DNA from: a virus
Taxonomy: Duplodnaviria > Heunggongvirae > Uroviricota > Caudoviricetes
Virus record (IMG/VR): IMGVR_UViG_3300021400_004456
Length of the DNA stretch: 64,000 bases
Strand: one strand, 5' to 3'
The notes below the pieces were generated by a model that saw nothing but the letters and a program-made list of their open reading frames with translations, made no database searches and was not told the DNA's origin. The translations under genes were made by a program, and so were the position numbers. The first letter of the stretch is position 1. The number at the start of each line of letters is the position of its first letter. Below, in pieces: positions 9,232 through 21,500 of this stretch.

Positions 9232-9933
9232 ATGAGAAAAATATCTATTTTTTATTATTTTGCTTTACTGCTTTTAACTGTCCCATTAATGTTGTTAAGC
9301 ATATGTGGATGCTCCTCTGAAAACATAAATACAGTTGAATGGAAAGGATACACTGTTTATAAAAATCATACTCTAAATGATTTAGATGGATATGATAATA
9401 CAATAAACTTTATTTCTAAAAATGATACTGAAGAAACTTTCTATCTTTTTTTAGGAAGAACAACTTGTCCATATTGTACTTATTTTATTACACCAATTTC
9501 TAAAGTTTTCCGTGATAACAATACTCCTTTATATTATTGCTTAACAAATTCAAAATTAGAAAAAAATGATGATAAAACTGTTAAAATTTTATCAATAAAA
9601 AAAGAAAATTTTGATTTTGATAACACTTATTCCGGATTATATATCACAAACGAAGAAAGTGTTTTAGTTCCAGCTTGTGATCAAAATTATTATTCTTTTA
9701 TTAATTACTTATTGTTGAATTATTATTCTGATTACAGTGATATTTTAACTTGCGAAAATAATTTAGCTTTTTCCTGGATTAATGTTCCTCAAATTTTAAA
9801 ATTCAAACGAATTAAAAATGATAATGAAATTAAAACAATACTTTTAAATAAATTTGATTTTCCAAATTCAAGGAATTTAAATGAGAATGAAATGGAACAA
9901 TTTAATAATGAACTACAACAATTTATTGATTAA
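9232..9933 (+). CDS. Thioredoxin-like lipoprotein (PedC/BrcD-like)
   Basis: Signal peptide with ICGC lipobox; LFLGRTTCPYCTYF and cis-Pro NVP. Confidence 0.7.
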   Translation: MRKISIFYYFALLLLTVPLMLLSICGCSSENINTVEWKGYTVYKNHTLNDLDGYDNTINFISKNDTEETFYLFLGRTTCPYCTYFITPISKVFRDNNTPLYYCLTNSKLEKNDDKTVKILSIKKENFDFDNTYSGLYITNEESVLVPACDQNYYSFINYLLLNYYSDYSDILTCENNLAFSWINVPQILKFKRIKNDNEIKTILLNKFDFPNSRNLNENEMEQFNNELQQFID

Positions 9934-9947
9934 GGAGTTATAAATTA

Positions 9948-10187
9948 ATGACTTTAATTTTAGCAGATTTTGTACTTTTAATAATTTCTTTTTGCTCAAT
10001 CTTTTTAACTAAGCTTAAAGAACAAACAAGATATATTGCATATTTAGTAATTGCTCTTGCTTTATTTATAATTAGCTTTTTATTTTATTTTTTTGAAAGC
10101 ATCTGGGGTATATTAATAATTTTCTTCATAATATTATCTTACACTATTTATTTGCTTGTTCTAATTGCAAAATTAAAAAGACACTAA
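9948..10187 (+). CDS. Small 3-TM membrane protein
   Basis: Hydrophobic; AAGGAG RBS. Confidence 0.7.
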   Translation: MTLILADFVLLIISFCSIFLTKLKEQTRYIAYLVIALALFIISFLFYFFESIWGILIIFFIILSYTIYLLVLIAKLKRH

Positions 10188-10422
10188 ATAATGTTTTTTT
10201 GTCAGTTATAATATATAAATATTGTCGTCTTCTTTAATTAGTTTTCAATCTTTTTTATTATATCTTATATATTAAATTTTGTCTTATTCTTATTTCAAAA
10301 AAACTATCATTTTTAACTTTTACTTTTTTATTTTCTCGTTTTTTTATTTTAGTAATATTATATATTACTACTTGTCAACGTTAACATTTTTAGCATTAGC
10401 CATTTGAAAGGAGTATTCAAAA

Positions 10423-12426
10423 ATGAAAAAAACTTTTAAATCAGTATTTTACTCATTTCTTTTCGTTCTAATAAACTGTGTTTTATTTACATCTTGTTCA
10501 AAAGCAAAAGAAGAAATTAATCCTACTGAAGCAACTACTGAACCGGTAATAGAACCTGTTGAATATGAAAATGACCTTTTTCAAATTCCTCTTTACAAAG
10601 ATATCGAAGAAACTGAAAATTTCATTTCAACCTCAAATGGTAATTATACTCTTTCACAAAATCAAATCAAAATTAATTCATCTGGTGATTATCAATTAGA
10701 AGGAAAATTTAAAGGTCAAATACTAATTGATGATGCCTCTTTAGATGTTACATTTATTTTAAATAATGCTACTTTAGTATCAGATGAATTATCTCCTGTT
10801 CAAATCTTAAATGCAAACTCTGTTACATTTGAAAGTTCAAATGAGACTACAAATTATATCATAGATTATCGTAAAAATACAAGAGAAGAAAACCTATATG
10901 TTTTTAATTCTAACTCAAATATTGAATTCAAAGGAAAAGGAATTACTCGTTTATTTTCTTTAAATAATTTTGGATTAAATGTTACAAAAAATGTTTTCTT
11001 AAATAATACAAATCTTTTTATTTATTCAATTTTTGATACACTTCAATCTTCTAATTTGTTGATAGATAACGGTTTATATTCTTTTATCTCCACATCTTCA
11101 AATTGCTTACTAGTTGATAATGAATTAAAGATATTAAATTCTGCCGTAATCGAAATTTATTCTTGTTATACAGGAATGACGGCAAATGATATTCTTATTG
11201 AAGGAACTGACGAAAATAAACCTCAGCTTTCAATTAATACAGGTTCGTTTTCTGATTTTAGTATAAACGAAAAATATGCTGGTAAATTAATAAGGGTTCG
11301 TGAAGATTTGTATGACGCAAGTTGTGATTATTTTATTTATGCATATAAAGATAATTACAATGATGGCATTTTTATAGAAAACAATTTTTCAGGCTTTTTA
11401 ACTTTATACAATGTTAATTATATTTATTTTGGTTTTGATATTCCTGATGAATATACTCATTTTCAAATTTTTATAACTTCTTCTAAAATTGAAAATAAAA
11501 CTCTTTCAAATATTTCCAACAAAGTAGTTTTTTCTAGTTCATTTAATACAGTTAATGATAAAAACACTTATGCGATAACAGATTATAATACTGATGATAA
11601 ATTAATTTTAGGATATTTTACTGATAGTTCTTTTGATACATCCTTAGGAGAAAATGGCAAAGGTGTCTTTTCTAAAGAAAAATTAATAATGAAAAATTGC
11701 CTTTGTTTTATTAATTCTGAATCCGACAGTATTCACTGTTCTTCTTATGAAAATAATTTAGTTTTAGAAAATAATACATTTTCTTTAACTACATCTTCAA
11801 TTGGAATCTATTCTAACAAAAGAATTACATCTACAACTGATCAAATAGTAATAAAAAGCTGTCATATAGGCATTCAAGCACCTTACATTCTTTTTAATAC
11901 AACTGATTGTTTTATTTATAATGAACTTTATTCGTTATATGCATCTTCAAACGAAAAAAATACTAGTGCTTCTATTTTAGTCAATGATGGAAATTATGAA
12001 TTTGTTTCTTATTTAACTGAATCTTGTAATGTCTATTCCGAAGGTTCTTTCACTTTTAAAAAAGGCGTTATGACACTTCAAACTTTATCTTATACGGCAT
12101 CTTCATCTTATGGTATTGCTACTAAGAATAGCACTGCCATTGAAAATGGAACACTTATTCTTTTCAATGATATAAATAGCTCTTTTGTTCTTTCTGATAA
12201 TGTTAACTCAGTTTATAATATTACTAACGAAGAACACGTTTTAAAAAAGCAAATAGAATATTATATTCCTAATACAACGATCAAATTTACTCCATTAAAT
12301 ACTAATTTCAAATTCTATATTTTTTCTAATGAAATCGAAAAAAATAATAGTTATGAAATCAAAAAAGTAGAAACTGACGAAAATGTAATTTCTTGGTCAC
12401 AAAAATCACAACAAGTTATGATATAA
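10423..12426 (+). CDS. Lipoprotein with Cthe_2159-like beta-helix carbohydrate-binding domain
   Basis: FTSC lipobox; IKINSSGDYQLEGKFKGQILID...VTFILNNATL...SPVQI pattern. Confidence 0.7.
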   Translation: MKKTFKSVFYSFLFVLINCVLFTSCSKAKEEINPTEATTEPVIEPVEYENDLFQIPLYKDIEETENFISTSNGNYTLSQNQIKINSSGDYQLEGKFKGQILIDDASLDVTFILNNATLVSDELSPVQILNANSVTFESSNETTNYIIDYRKNTREENLYVFNSNSNIEFKGKGITRLFSLNNFGLNVTKNVFLNNTNLFIYSIFDTLQSSNLLIDNGLYSFISTSSNCLLVDNELKILNSAVIEIYSCYTGMTANDILIEGTDENKPQLSINTGSFSDFSINEKYAGKLIRVREDLYDASCDYFIYAYKDNYNDGIFIENNFSGFLTLYNVNYIYFGFDIPDEYTHFQIFITSSKIENKTLSNISNKVVFSSSFNTVNDKNTYAITDYNTDDKLILGYFTDSSFDTSLGENGKGVFSKEKLIMKNCLCFINSESDSIHCSSYENNLVLENNTFSLTTSSIGIYSNKRITSTTDQIVIKSCHIGIQAPYILFNTTDCFIYNELYSLYASSNEKNTSASILVNDGNYEFVSYLTESCNVYSEGSFTFKKGVMTLQTLSYTASSSYGIATKNSTAIENGTLILFNDINSSFVLSDNVNSVYNITNEEHVLKKQIEYYIPNTTIKFTPLNTNFKFYIFSNEIEKNNSYEIKKVETDENVISWSQKSQQVMI

Positions 12427-12435
12427 TATTCAAAT

Positions 12436-12444
12436 AAAACATAA
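12436..12444 (+). promoter_or_regulatory. Class I motif AAAACATAA
   Basis: Before giant ORF. Confidence 0.65.
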
Positions 12445-12512
12445 ATTACTTATGATTATTATATAATAATAATATCACAAAACGATATTTACTTATAAAA
12501 GGAGTTGTTAAT

Positions 12513-15500
12513 ATGTTTAAATGGTATAAAAAAGGTCTATCAATGTGTGGCCCTCTATATTTTGGAATTAGAAAAATATTTTTATATGCAATGCTTGCAA
12601 TTTTAGCTTTTATAGATTATAGTTTATTTTTATCTACTTCCCCTTTTGAAACTGCTCAATTAGTAAACGAAGCTGAAGGTCGTTCAGAAACGGCTGGTTT
12701 AATTGAGGATTTTTTTGCGTATAATAAAATTGAAAATTGTAATTACAATGTAGGTGCCAATTTCACATATTATTCTATTATAGGAAAGTTATATTATAAA
12801 GCCAATGGAATAGAAACATACGCTCCTTTTGAACTTTCTTTATCCGTTGCAAACGATGATACTACTTTTTACAATGAAAACAATTTATTAAAAACAACTT
12901 CAGATGGTGAAAGTGGTATTTTTCCTAAATATCAAAAAGCAATCAAACAAGCTTTTGAAACTGAACTTTATGATAGAAACTTTGAATTCATTTCTTTAAC
13001 TCCTTTTGACAACAATACTTCAATAGTTTCAAATGGTTCTACCCACATTCCTAATTTTTTCAAAATTGTTATAAAAGAAACTAATGTAATTGATGTAACT
13101 AATTTTGTATTTTCTGAATCAGCCAATTATAGTTATTCATATATTTTTAGTAGAATTGGAAAAAAATCAGATGCAATTTCTGGTAGTCCTGACGGCCCTT
13201 CTATGCCTTGCTTGACTACAAATTCCGATACTACAACTCAAAATGGTTACGTTTATACTGATGATGAAAATGTTTTTTCAAGTGTTCAACTATATGTTTA
13301 TAAGGATGCTAACTGGGTTTCAATTAATCCATCTGTTTATGTATTAAATTGGCCTAAGAATACTCCAAGTACCGAATATAAAGTTAATAAGGATGGAAAC
13401 ACTTATACTTATACTACAACAGGAAAAACCAAAAACCAATATTCTCTTTATTATTTAATGAACCCTACTTGGAATGTAGAGGACTATGATTATTATACAA
13501 CTTCTTTACCAGGAGTTTATTATTCTAATGATAAAAATAGTTTAACTAGTGCTGAACTTGTAAATAATAGTAATCTTACTTCATTTGAAGCTCAATATAA
13601 AACTGTAGTTTCTAATGAATCATATTTTCAGGCTTTTGATATTACAGATTATCAAATTACTTATGAAAAAAATGGAGCTTATTACTTATATAAGAAAACA
13701 AACACTTATGACAATGTTTATGAAGAGATAAAAATTAACAATATTAATTTTTATGTTCAACAATATGAAGCTGATAGTTTTACTGCATATGATTTAAATA
13801 ATAATAAATACGGAGATCCTAACTTTATCGAACAATCTTATTATAAAAAGAGTGATGACGAAAAATCTGCAAATTTCTATTTTTACAATGAGGACGAAAA
13901 GATTTTCTACATTTACAAGGATCAAAGTCTTTCCAAATATGACACTTTAAATTCTGCTGATTTTAAGAAAGAAAATACTTTCTTCTTTGATTCTGAATTG
14001 AAAGCAAATTATTACAACGATTTTTTCCAAATGGCTTCTCAATATAATATTAAAAAAGTAGGCACTAACAAAACTGCTTATAACACCTTACAAAGTTCTA
14101 AAACGGTTGCTGAATTAAATAATTTAAAAAATTCAACAACTAATTCTGATTCTTCTGTTACTTATACAAAATATGAGTATGATAAAAATGTAGATGGTTA
14201 TAGAGTTTCTTACACTTATACTTGGAAAATTTCTGGTGAAAGATATTATAATTATGAAACATCTTACGTTAAAGGTGAATACGTTTTAACAAGCCACGAT
14301 AAAGCCAAACGAGTTACCGATGTTTACACCAAAAATGAAAAAACAGTTCACGCTTATAATAGTGATTATGATACAGTTACTAATCCAGCAAACGGATATA
14401 CTGAAATTTCCGATACTTCTCATTTAACTTATACAGATATGAATTCGTCTTATATTTATAAGAATGGACAATATGTATTATCCGTTGGTAATGCCGCAAC
14501 ATATGAAAAAAATAATAAATTCTCTGTTGTTGATATTTCTAATTTAACTCCATCGTTTACATTAAATGATGGAACAGAAGTTTATCAATATAGTAAAAAC
14601 GGTAATACATTATATTATGCTAAATCTCAAAATAATACATCATCTTATTTAACGCCTTTAACTTTACCTACTGCTAGTTTATCGTCTTTACCTACAATGG
14701 GATATACGACTTATGATGTTAAATATGACAACAACAATAAATTAATAACTGCTAATTCTCCTTTAGGAAACAATGCTGGCTCTAAAACAATTACAGGTAA
14801 TATGACATATGCAGTTGGTCAAAATGTTAGCACTAATCTTTACTATACTCCATATTATAATACAGTTAATTTTGGTAGTCCTACAACAGTTCAAGAAGAA
14901 TATTTAAATAATAATGGCTATACCATTTTAAAATCAGAAGAAGAATTAAAACAATGGTTAATGAATAATGCTTCTTCAAAAGGAGAAAAGAAAGCATTTC
15001 TTCAAACAAGTTCTATACCCCAAAGTTCTGTAACTATTTCAACCACTTCATCTTTAAAAGGTCAACCTTTCGATGGTTCTAAAGCAAGTGATGTTGAATT
15101 AGACCCTGATTTTAAAATAAGTGATTATTCAAATTTTAACCAAATTTTTAGAATGAGTTCAACTAATATTTCAAATGCATTAACTTTCAAAATGACAAAT
15201 AAAAAAGTTACAATAACATTTCCTTATAAAATGACTTCTTCCTCTTATCGAGTTTCTCGTTGGCAATCTTATGGCGGTAATAGCCTTCGAACATTTGCAG
15301 ACGGCTATAATACTTATGAAGAGGGCGATTGTGATTACTATAGTTATACTAATCATACTTTCTTTAACTTTAATACAAATCAAAACTTTTTTATGGCCGT
15401 TACCAATGAACCATATTGTAATGATAAAAACAAATACGTTGGAACAACTATTAATTATACAAGCAATTATAAAGGCGATGCAACTAGAGAATTCACTTTA

Positions 15501-18500
15501 GAAGGTGATTTTTCAGGCCGATATTTAAATTTTGCAACATTTGTTGAATATGAAGAGCCTTGGGATGATGGAGACAGAATTGATACTTACGATCATCTTT
15601 ATGCTATTGTTTATTGCGTAGATTTACAAGGCACAAACTGTAATGGAGTTACAGTTCAACCAGCCGGTTTAACCGGTAATTATGTAACATTAACTAATAC
15701 TGAAATTGGCTCACAAAAAAAATATAATCCTTACGAATCTTTTAAATCTTATACAGAAAAAAATGGTTCTTATTACTCATTGCCTAATAATGTTAAAACT
15801 AGTTTTAGTTTTACAGCATATTCCCATACTAAAACTGATTACACTTATTATACTGAATCTTATACGACTAAAGTAGCAACTGGTAATTTGCAATATTTCC
15901 AAGCAAAAAATTCTGCAGATCAAATAGCAACATATTCATTTGATAAATCACTAGAAAAATATACTGTAATTTCTGGTTCGCCTTCTGTTACTTATGGAAC
16001 TCGAAAAAATGAATATAAAATTTCAGGAACAGGTGTGGTTAATTATTTATCTATTGAAGATTATAATTACTATGACTTTACTAATGTAGGAATTAATGAT
16101 AATGATAAAATTAAAGAATTATTTAATTTAGATTTCTTTGTTTCAGCAAATGGTAGAAAAATCGGTTTTATTAAAAAGACAAAAGAACTTCCTTCTTATT
16201 ATTTAATTTCTAAAGAATATTATACCCCTTCTCTAGAAGGTAAGAATTTAGGAACTTATAATAGCAATTATTATCTTTTATCCGATACAGCTAATTTAAA
16301 TATTTATGAAAATGTTACTTTAACTTTAGCGCACACATCATCTGGTTTTTTATCTGATGATAAAAACAATGTAATTGTATTCTCTTCTTATGAAGAAGTT
16401 TTAAATACTGTTAATAGTTTCCCTAACAATACAAGTTATAGAATTCAACCTTCTTATAACGCAGTTACTTTTACTAAAACAAGTTCTACACAAGAAAATG
16501 CAACTAAAAAATATACAAATTGTTATTCTTCTTTAACTTCAACGCAATATAATGCTTTAAGTTCAGGAACTGAAACATTTGTTGATCAAAATGGACTTTC
16601 AACTCCATACACTTTAGTTTCTTCTCCTTCTGTAACAACAAACGGAAATAAAACTACAGTTGTTTTTGATTATATTGGAACTACAACCAAAATGACAACA
16701 AGCATAACTTCTAATACTTATACTATGAAATATAAGTCTAAAGAATATTTTACATTAACCGATAATTCCACAAATACCAACATAGCTTTAATTCAAAAAA
16801 AAGCTTCTATAGATACATCAACCACTAATCTTGAAGTTCCTAACTTAGAAATGAACGGTTCTGTTTACTATGTTCCAAAATCTGCAAAATATACTGGTTA
16901 TATTGATGAAGAAGCTAATACCACTTTATCTTCTCAAAGTAATACTGTATTGGTACCCGCTGAAGATTACAATAATATTTCTTTTGAAAAACAATATGAA
17001 ATCTTTGGCAAGACAGTTACAGCTTCTTTAGATTATAATAATTATTTACCAGTATATCACGGAACTCAATTAGATTATTGTTCTAATTTAGGTGAAGGAT
17101 ATACAGGCGCTTGTGTTTTAGGTTTTGTTAAAAAAGAAGCAGCAACTTCTGATCCTATTTATAATTATACAAAATCTGTAACCACATATAATATTTCTAA
17201 AGCAAATGAACAAAAAGTTAATGTTAATGAAAATTATTTAAATTTCACTTCAACTAATAATTTCAAAAAATATTATACTCAAAACGTTTCAAATGTTACA
17301 AATAAAACATTGGAAAATGGCGAATATGCTCTTTTATCACCTACTTATTCTGGTTCTACAGGTTCATTAGCATATTCTAACAATTTAATTTCACCTTTGA
17401 TGTTAATTAAAAATGGATTTGCTGTATCTTATAATGAAGATGGAAGTATTTCAATTGAAAACACTAATAGTACAGAACAAACTTTAACTATTCAATTAAA
17501 TATTCCTGAAAATTATTATAAAGAAAATTCTAATTTATATTTCTCATTTGAAATTGTCGATTTAAATGATTTAAATAAAATTGTTTCTTCTTTATCAAAA
17601 ACAGCTTCTAATAGATATTATATTGAATATAAAAATGCTGATACTATTTCTTTAAAAATTAAAGGTAAATCTACAATCACTTTAAAAGATATTAGTGCTA
17701 GTCATTCTACTGAATATACTCCATTTGTACATTTAGAAGATGCAATTTCTAATAATGTTAATTATTATGAAGAATATAGGATGTACTCTGTGCCTCAAAC
17801 AATTAATTATAACTTAATATATGAAAACGATACAGTTATTTCTTCTAATAACTTCGACAAACGTATAGACGGTTATATTGAACAAACACAAATTTCTCCT
17901 ACTTATTCTTATGAAAATGTAAGTAATGCTCCTCAAACATTGACTATTACTTTCACTTCTAAGAAAGATGTTACATATTATATTTCTTATTATCTTGATA
18001 AAACATTTATTAGTAATACTGTTGTAGCTAACTCAACAAAAACTACAATTTCTATTCCAACATTCTCTGGTCAATTTGTTACTGGTATTTGTATAAGCGA
18101 AGAAAATAAGAAGTTTGATGACTATGCATATGGAGACACTATTAATATTAATCAAACCGGTTCTTTCGATGTGGAAGTTAAAAAAGCTCAACTAAAAACT
18201 GGTTATGAAGCAAAAACAGTAAAATCAGCAACTTTATATTTGGAAAAAGCAAGAAATGTTGATATCGTAGTTTCTTATACATCATTAGAATACATTCCTT
18301 ATGATTCAACTTTAGCAACAAATGAAACTCAATCACATATTAATACATTCAATAATTCAACAACCAATCTTGCAAATACTGAAAACAATTTCAAAAACTA
18401 TGTAAGAGTTTATAAAAATGATATAGCGTACTATTATCCAAAATATACACTTACTGGCCAATATTATTTGTTTGAAGAAATGAATGAATTATTGACTAAA

Positions 18501-21500
18501 AACCATTTACCAGCTAAAAAAGGATATTTAGTTAATGGTAATTTAGTAAACGGTAGATATACAAGATTACTATATGCAGAAAATTCATCTCCTTTTCATC
18601 CACATAAAATTGCAGTTCGTGCAACTAAAGAATATTCTTATGGTACATTTAAACCACTAGTAGAAGCCGGAAATACAATTTCAACTGTTATTAACGACAA
18701 TATCTCAATCGAAAAATTTAACGGATGGGATATAAATTATAGTATAGATAAGCTTTATTATACTAAATCTATAAAAGCACCTGCTGATGAATATTATGCT
18801 GCATTGCTTAATAGTGATATTTATCTATTAGATTCTCAAAAGGATGCTTCTGGAGATAAAAATATTGAAGCTATTTTAATTTCGTCAGACGCTAAGCTTT
18901 TTGAAAATGAATCAGTAAAAAAATTAAACGATGATAATCAAAAATTCAGTTTTGTAATTTTAAATGTTATTTTAACTCTTTCAAACGAAAAAGATCGTGA
19001 TGGAAATTCAAAATTCGGAATTTCATATTCTTCTTTAGATGGAAAAAACGTGACTGAAAATTTACAATATATTTCATACACTCAAAATGAAAACGGCACT
19101 TATACTATACTTAAGGATAATAATAACAACAATAATAATTATTATTATTTTATTGACCGTAACACCAATGTTATTAATTATATGACACCAAATGGTTCTA
19201 CGTCTTTAGACATTAATTTCTATGATTTATTAAATGCTCCTATTGATGCAAATGGTGAAAGAACAATTTCTAGAAAAGTTCCATTCATATTACTTGAAAA
19301 TTTAAATGATGACGCTATAGTTTCTACTGAAATTGCAGTTTCTAAAAGAGTTGGTAATTATGTAGCATTTACTAATTATTATAAACCAACAACTACAAGT
19401 TCTGAAAATAAAGGCTTTGCAACTGTTAACGAATATGATATTGCTGATTCTATTACTTTGGTTGATAATGAAACAAATGCATATTCACATTTAATTAAAC
19501 AAAATCTACCTTTAATTTTAATTAATAAGAACCCGTTAAATTCTAAAGATCCAAGCTTAATGTCTTATTATACTTATAATGAGTTATATATTAACTTTAT
19601 GAAAGGTGGAAGTAAAAAAGCTAAAACAGATCCAAAAGGCGATTATTTTATTGATGATCCTTCTCTTCAATATTACTATATGTTCACTGAAAGAAAAGCT
19701 TCAAATGCGCTTGCAAGTATGAGCTTAACTGAATTATGGGAAAAACTAACTACTTATGATAAAATAAATGGTGAAATTTCAGCATTTACTAACGACAGAC
19801 TTCTTGTCGAATTATCCGACGGTAATAGTGTATATTTCAAATTTGAAACTTTAATGAAAATAAACACTCAATTAACTTTAAAATTGTATTCTTTACAAGA
19901 AAAAGCTAATATTTCTGCCCCTACTTTAGTATATCAACAAAGTGATTTCCCTTATTCTGATCCTGTAAATGAGGAAAATGATATTACTATTAATACTAAA
20001 TCTAATCATACATTAACTTCTGATTACGTTGACGGTGTCCAAAAATATTATGAAAAATCTCAAAAAAATAATTATAAATTCAATCATTCAAAACTTTTCT
20101 CAACAGAAAATACTAATGGCGGAATTTATTATATTCCTCAATTAATTTTTAGAAGAAATGCAAACGAAGTTGAATTCTCATCTGCATATTCTATTGGTGA
20201 TAGTTTAACAGGCGTTGATTTTGTTTTAAGAAGCAGATATGGAAATGCATCTGGTGTTTCTAATTCGGCTTATGAATTGTACGTATCTTCCGGAATTGTT
20301 ATCAATGAAAAAATGTATAATCTAGATGATTTAATTTCTTATTATCAATATGCTAAGAATATGGAATTAAATGAAAACACATTTGGTGAAAATGGTTATT
20401 TCAATCAAATTATCAAAGCAATGCAAGATTATTTTGAGGATGAAGATAACATTTTATATGAAACATCACAAGGCTCTATGTCTTTAAAAAAAGCAAAAGA
20501 AAAATCCATAATTACTGGTGGTATGACTGGTGTAACTTATACAGAACTTGCTTTATTAAATACAGATAAAAGAGATACAATTTATAAAAATCCAACAATT
20601 CTTTATAAAAATAATAACTTTGTTACAGGCAAATTTGGAACATCTATGTTTGATCTTATACTTCCTTATGTAATATATAATTTTTCTCCTTATACATCTT
20701 TGAAAAAGTATAACATTTCTAATTCTTATGAAATTGGTACAACTATAGATGATAGACCAGATTATGGTTTAAGCAATTATCTTAAACCTACGCTTTTTGA
20801 AGCTATGATTTCTGCTAGTAAAAAAGATAACGTGACTGTTTCAGTTACCCCTACATTAGGTGGTGTAGGACGTAGTAACGAAAGTTATGGTATGACTCGT
20901 TCTTGTAATAATGAATCCCCATATAAAACAGGTGGCTATTTCCTTGAAACAACTCTTAATACATCTCATACTAAATTTATAAATTATCAAGGTTCTATAA
21001 GAGCTCTTGAACAATACACTGATAAGTCCGAAGTTTCTTTTGAAACTACTATGAATAATAATTTAAAAGAACTTCCTTCTGATGGAAGAAATATTGAAAA
21101 TTATCTTTCTCAATTTAAATATTATTATTCTCAAGTTCCTTCTGATTTTGATGAAGAATGGACCGGCTATATTGATGGCATTAATGTAAGTAAAACTGGT
21201 TATTTACGCAATGGACAAACAAGTTGGAGTAATTTAAATGCTATTACTACTTTCACACCAACTTCTCAAATGGGTAAACATTCTATGGTTTATGACGAGA
21301 ACGGTCACCAACAAAATTTTTTAATAAAAAATAAAGGAATCACAACATTTAAAATTTACGATATAAATGGCATTTTCTCTACTATAATTAAAGAAACTCC
21401 TGTTGTTCCGGACTCTACTCAAATAGATGGTTCAATATTAAGTAATTTAGCTTTCTGGTTTTCTTCAAATAGTCTCTCTCAAACAAATACACAAGATCTT

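Noticed and set aside
19117..19140. Poly-Asn (AAT/AAC) tract in the giant protein
   Set aside because: Short in-frame low-complexity run, expected in AT-rich genes; no phase-variation potential
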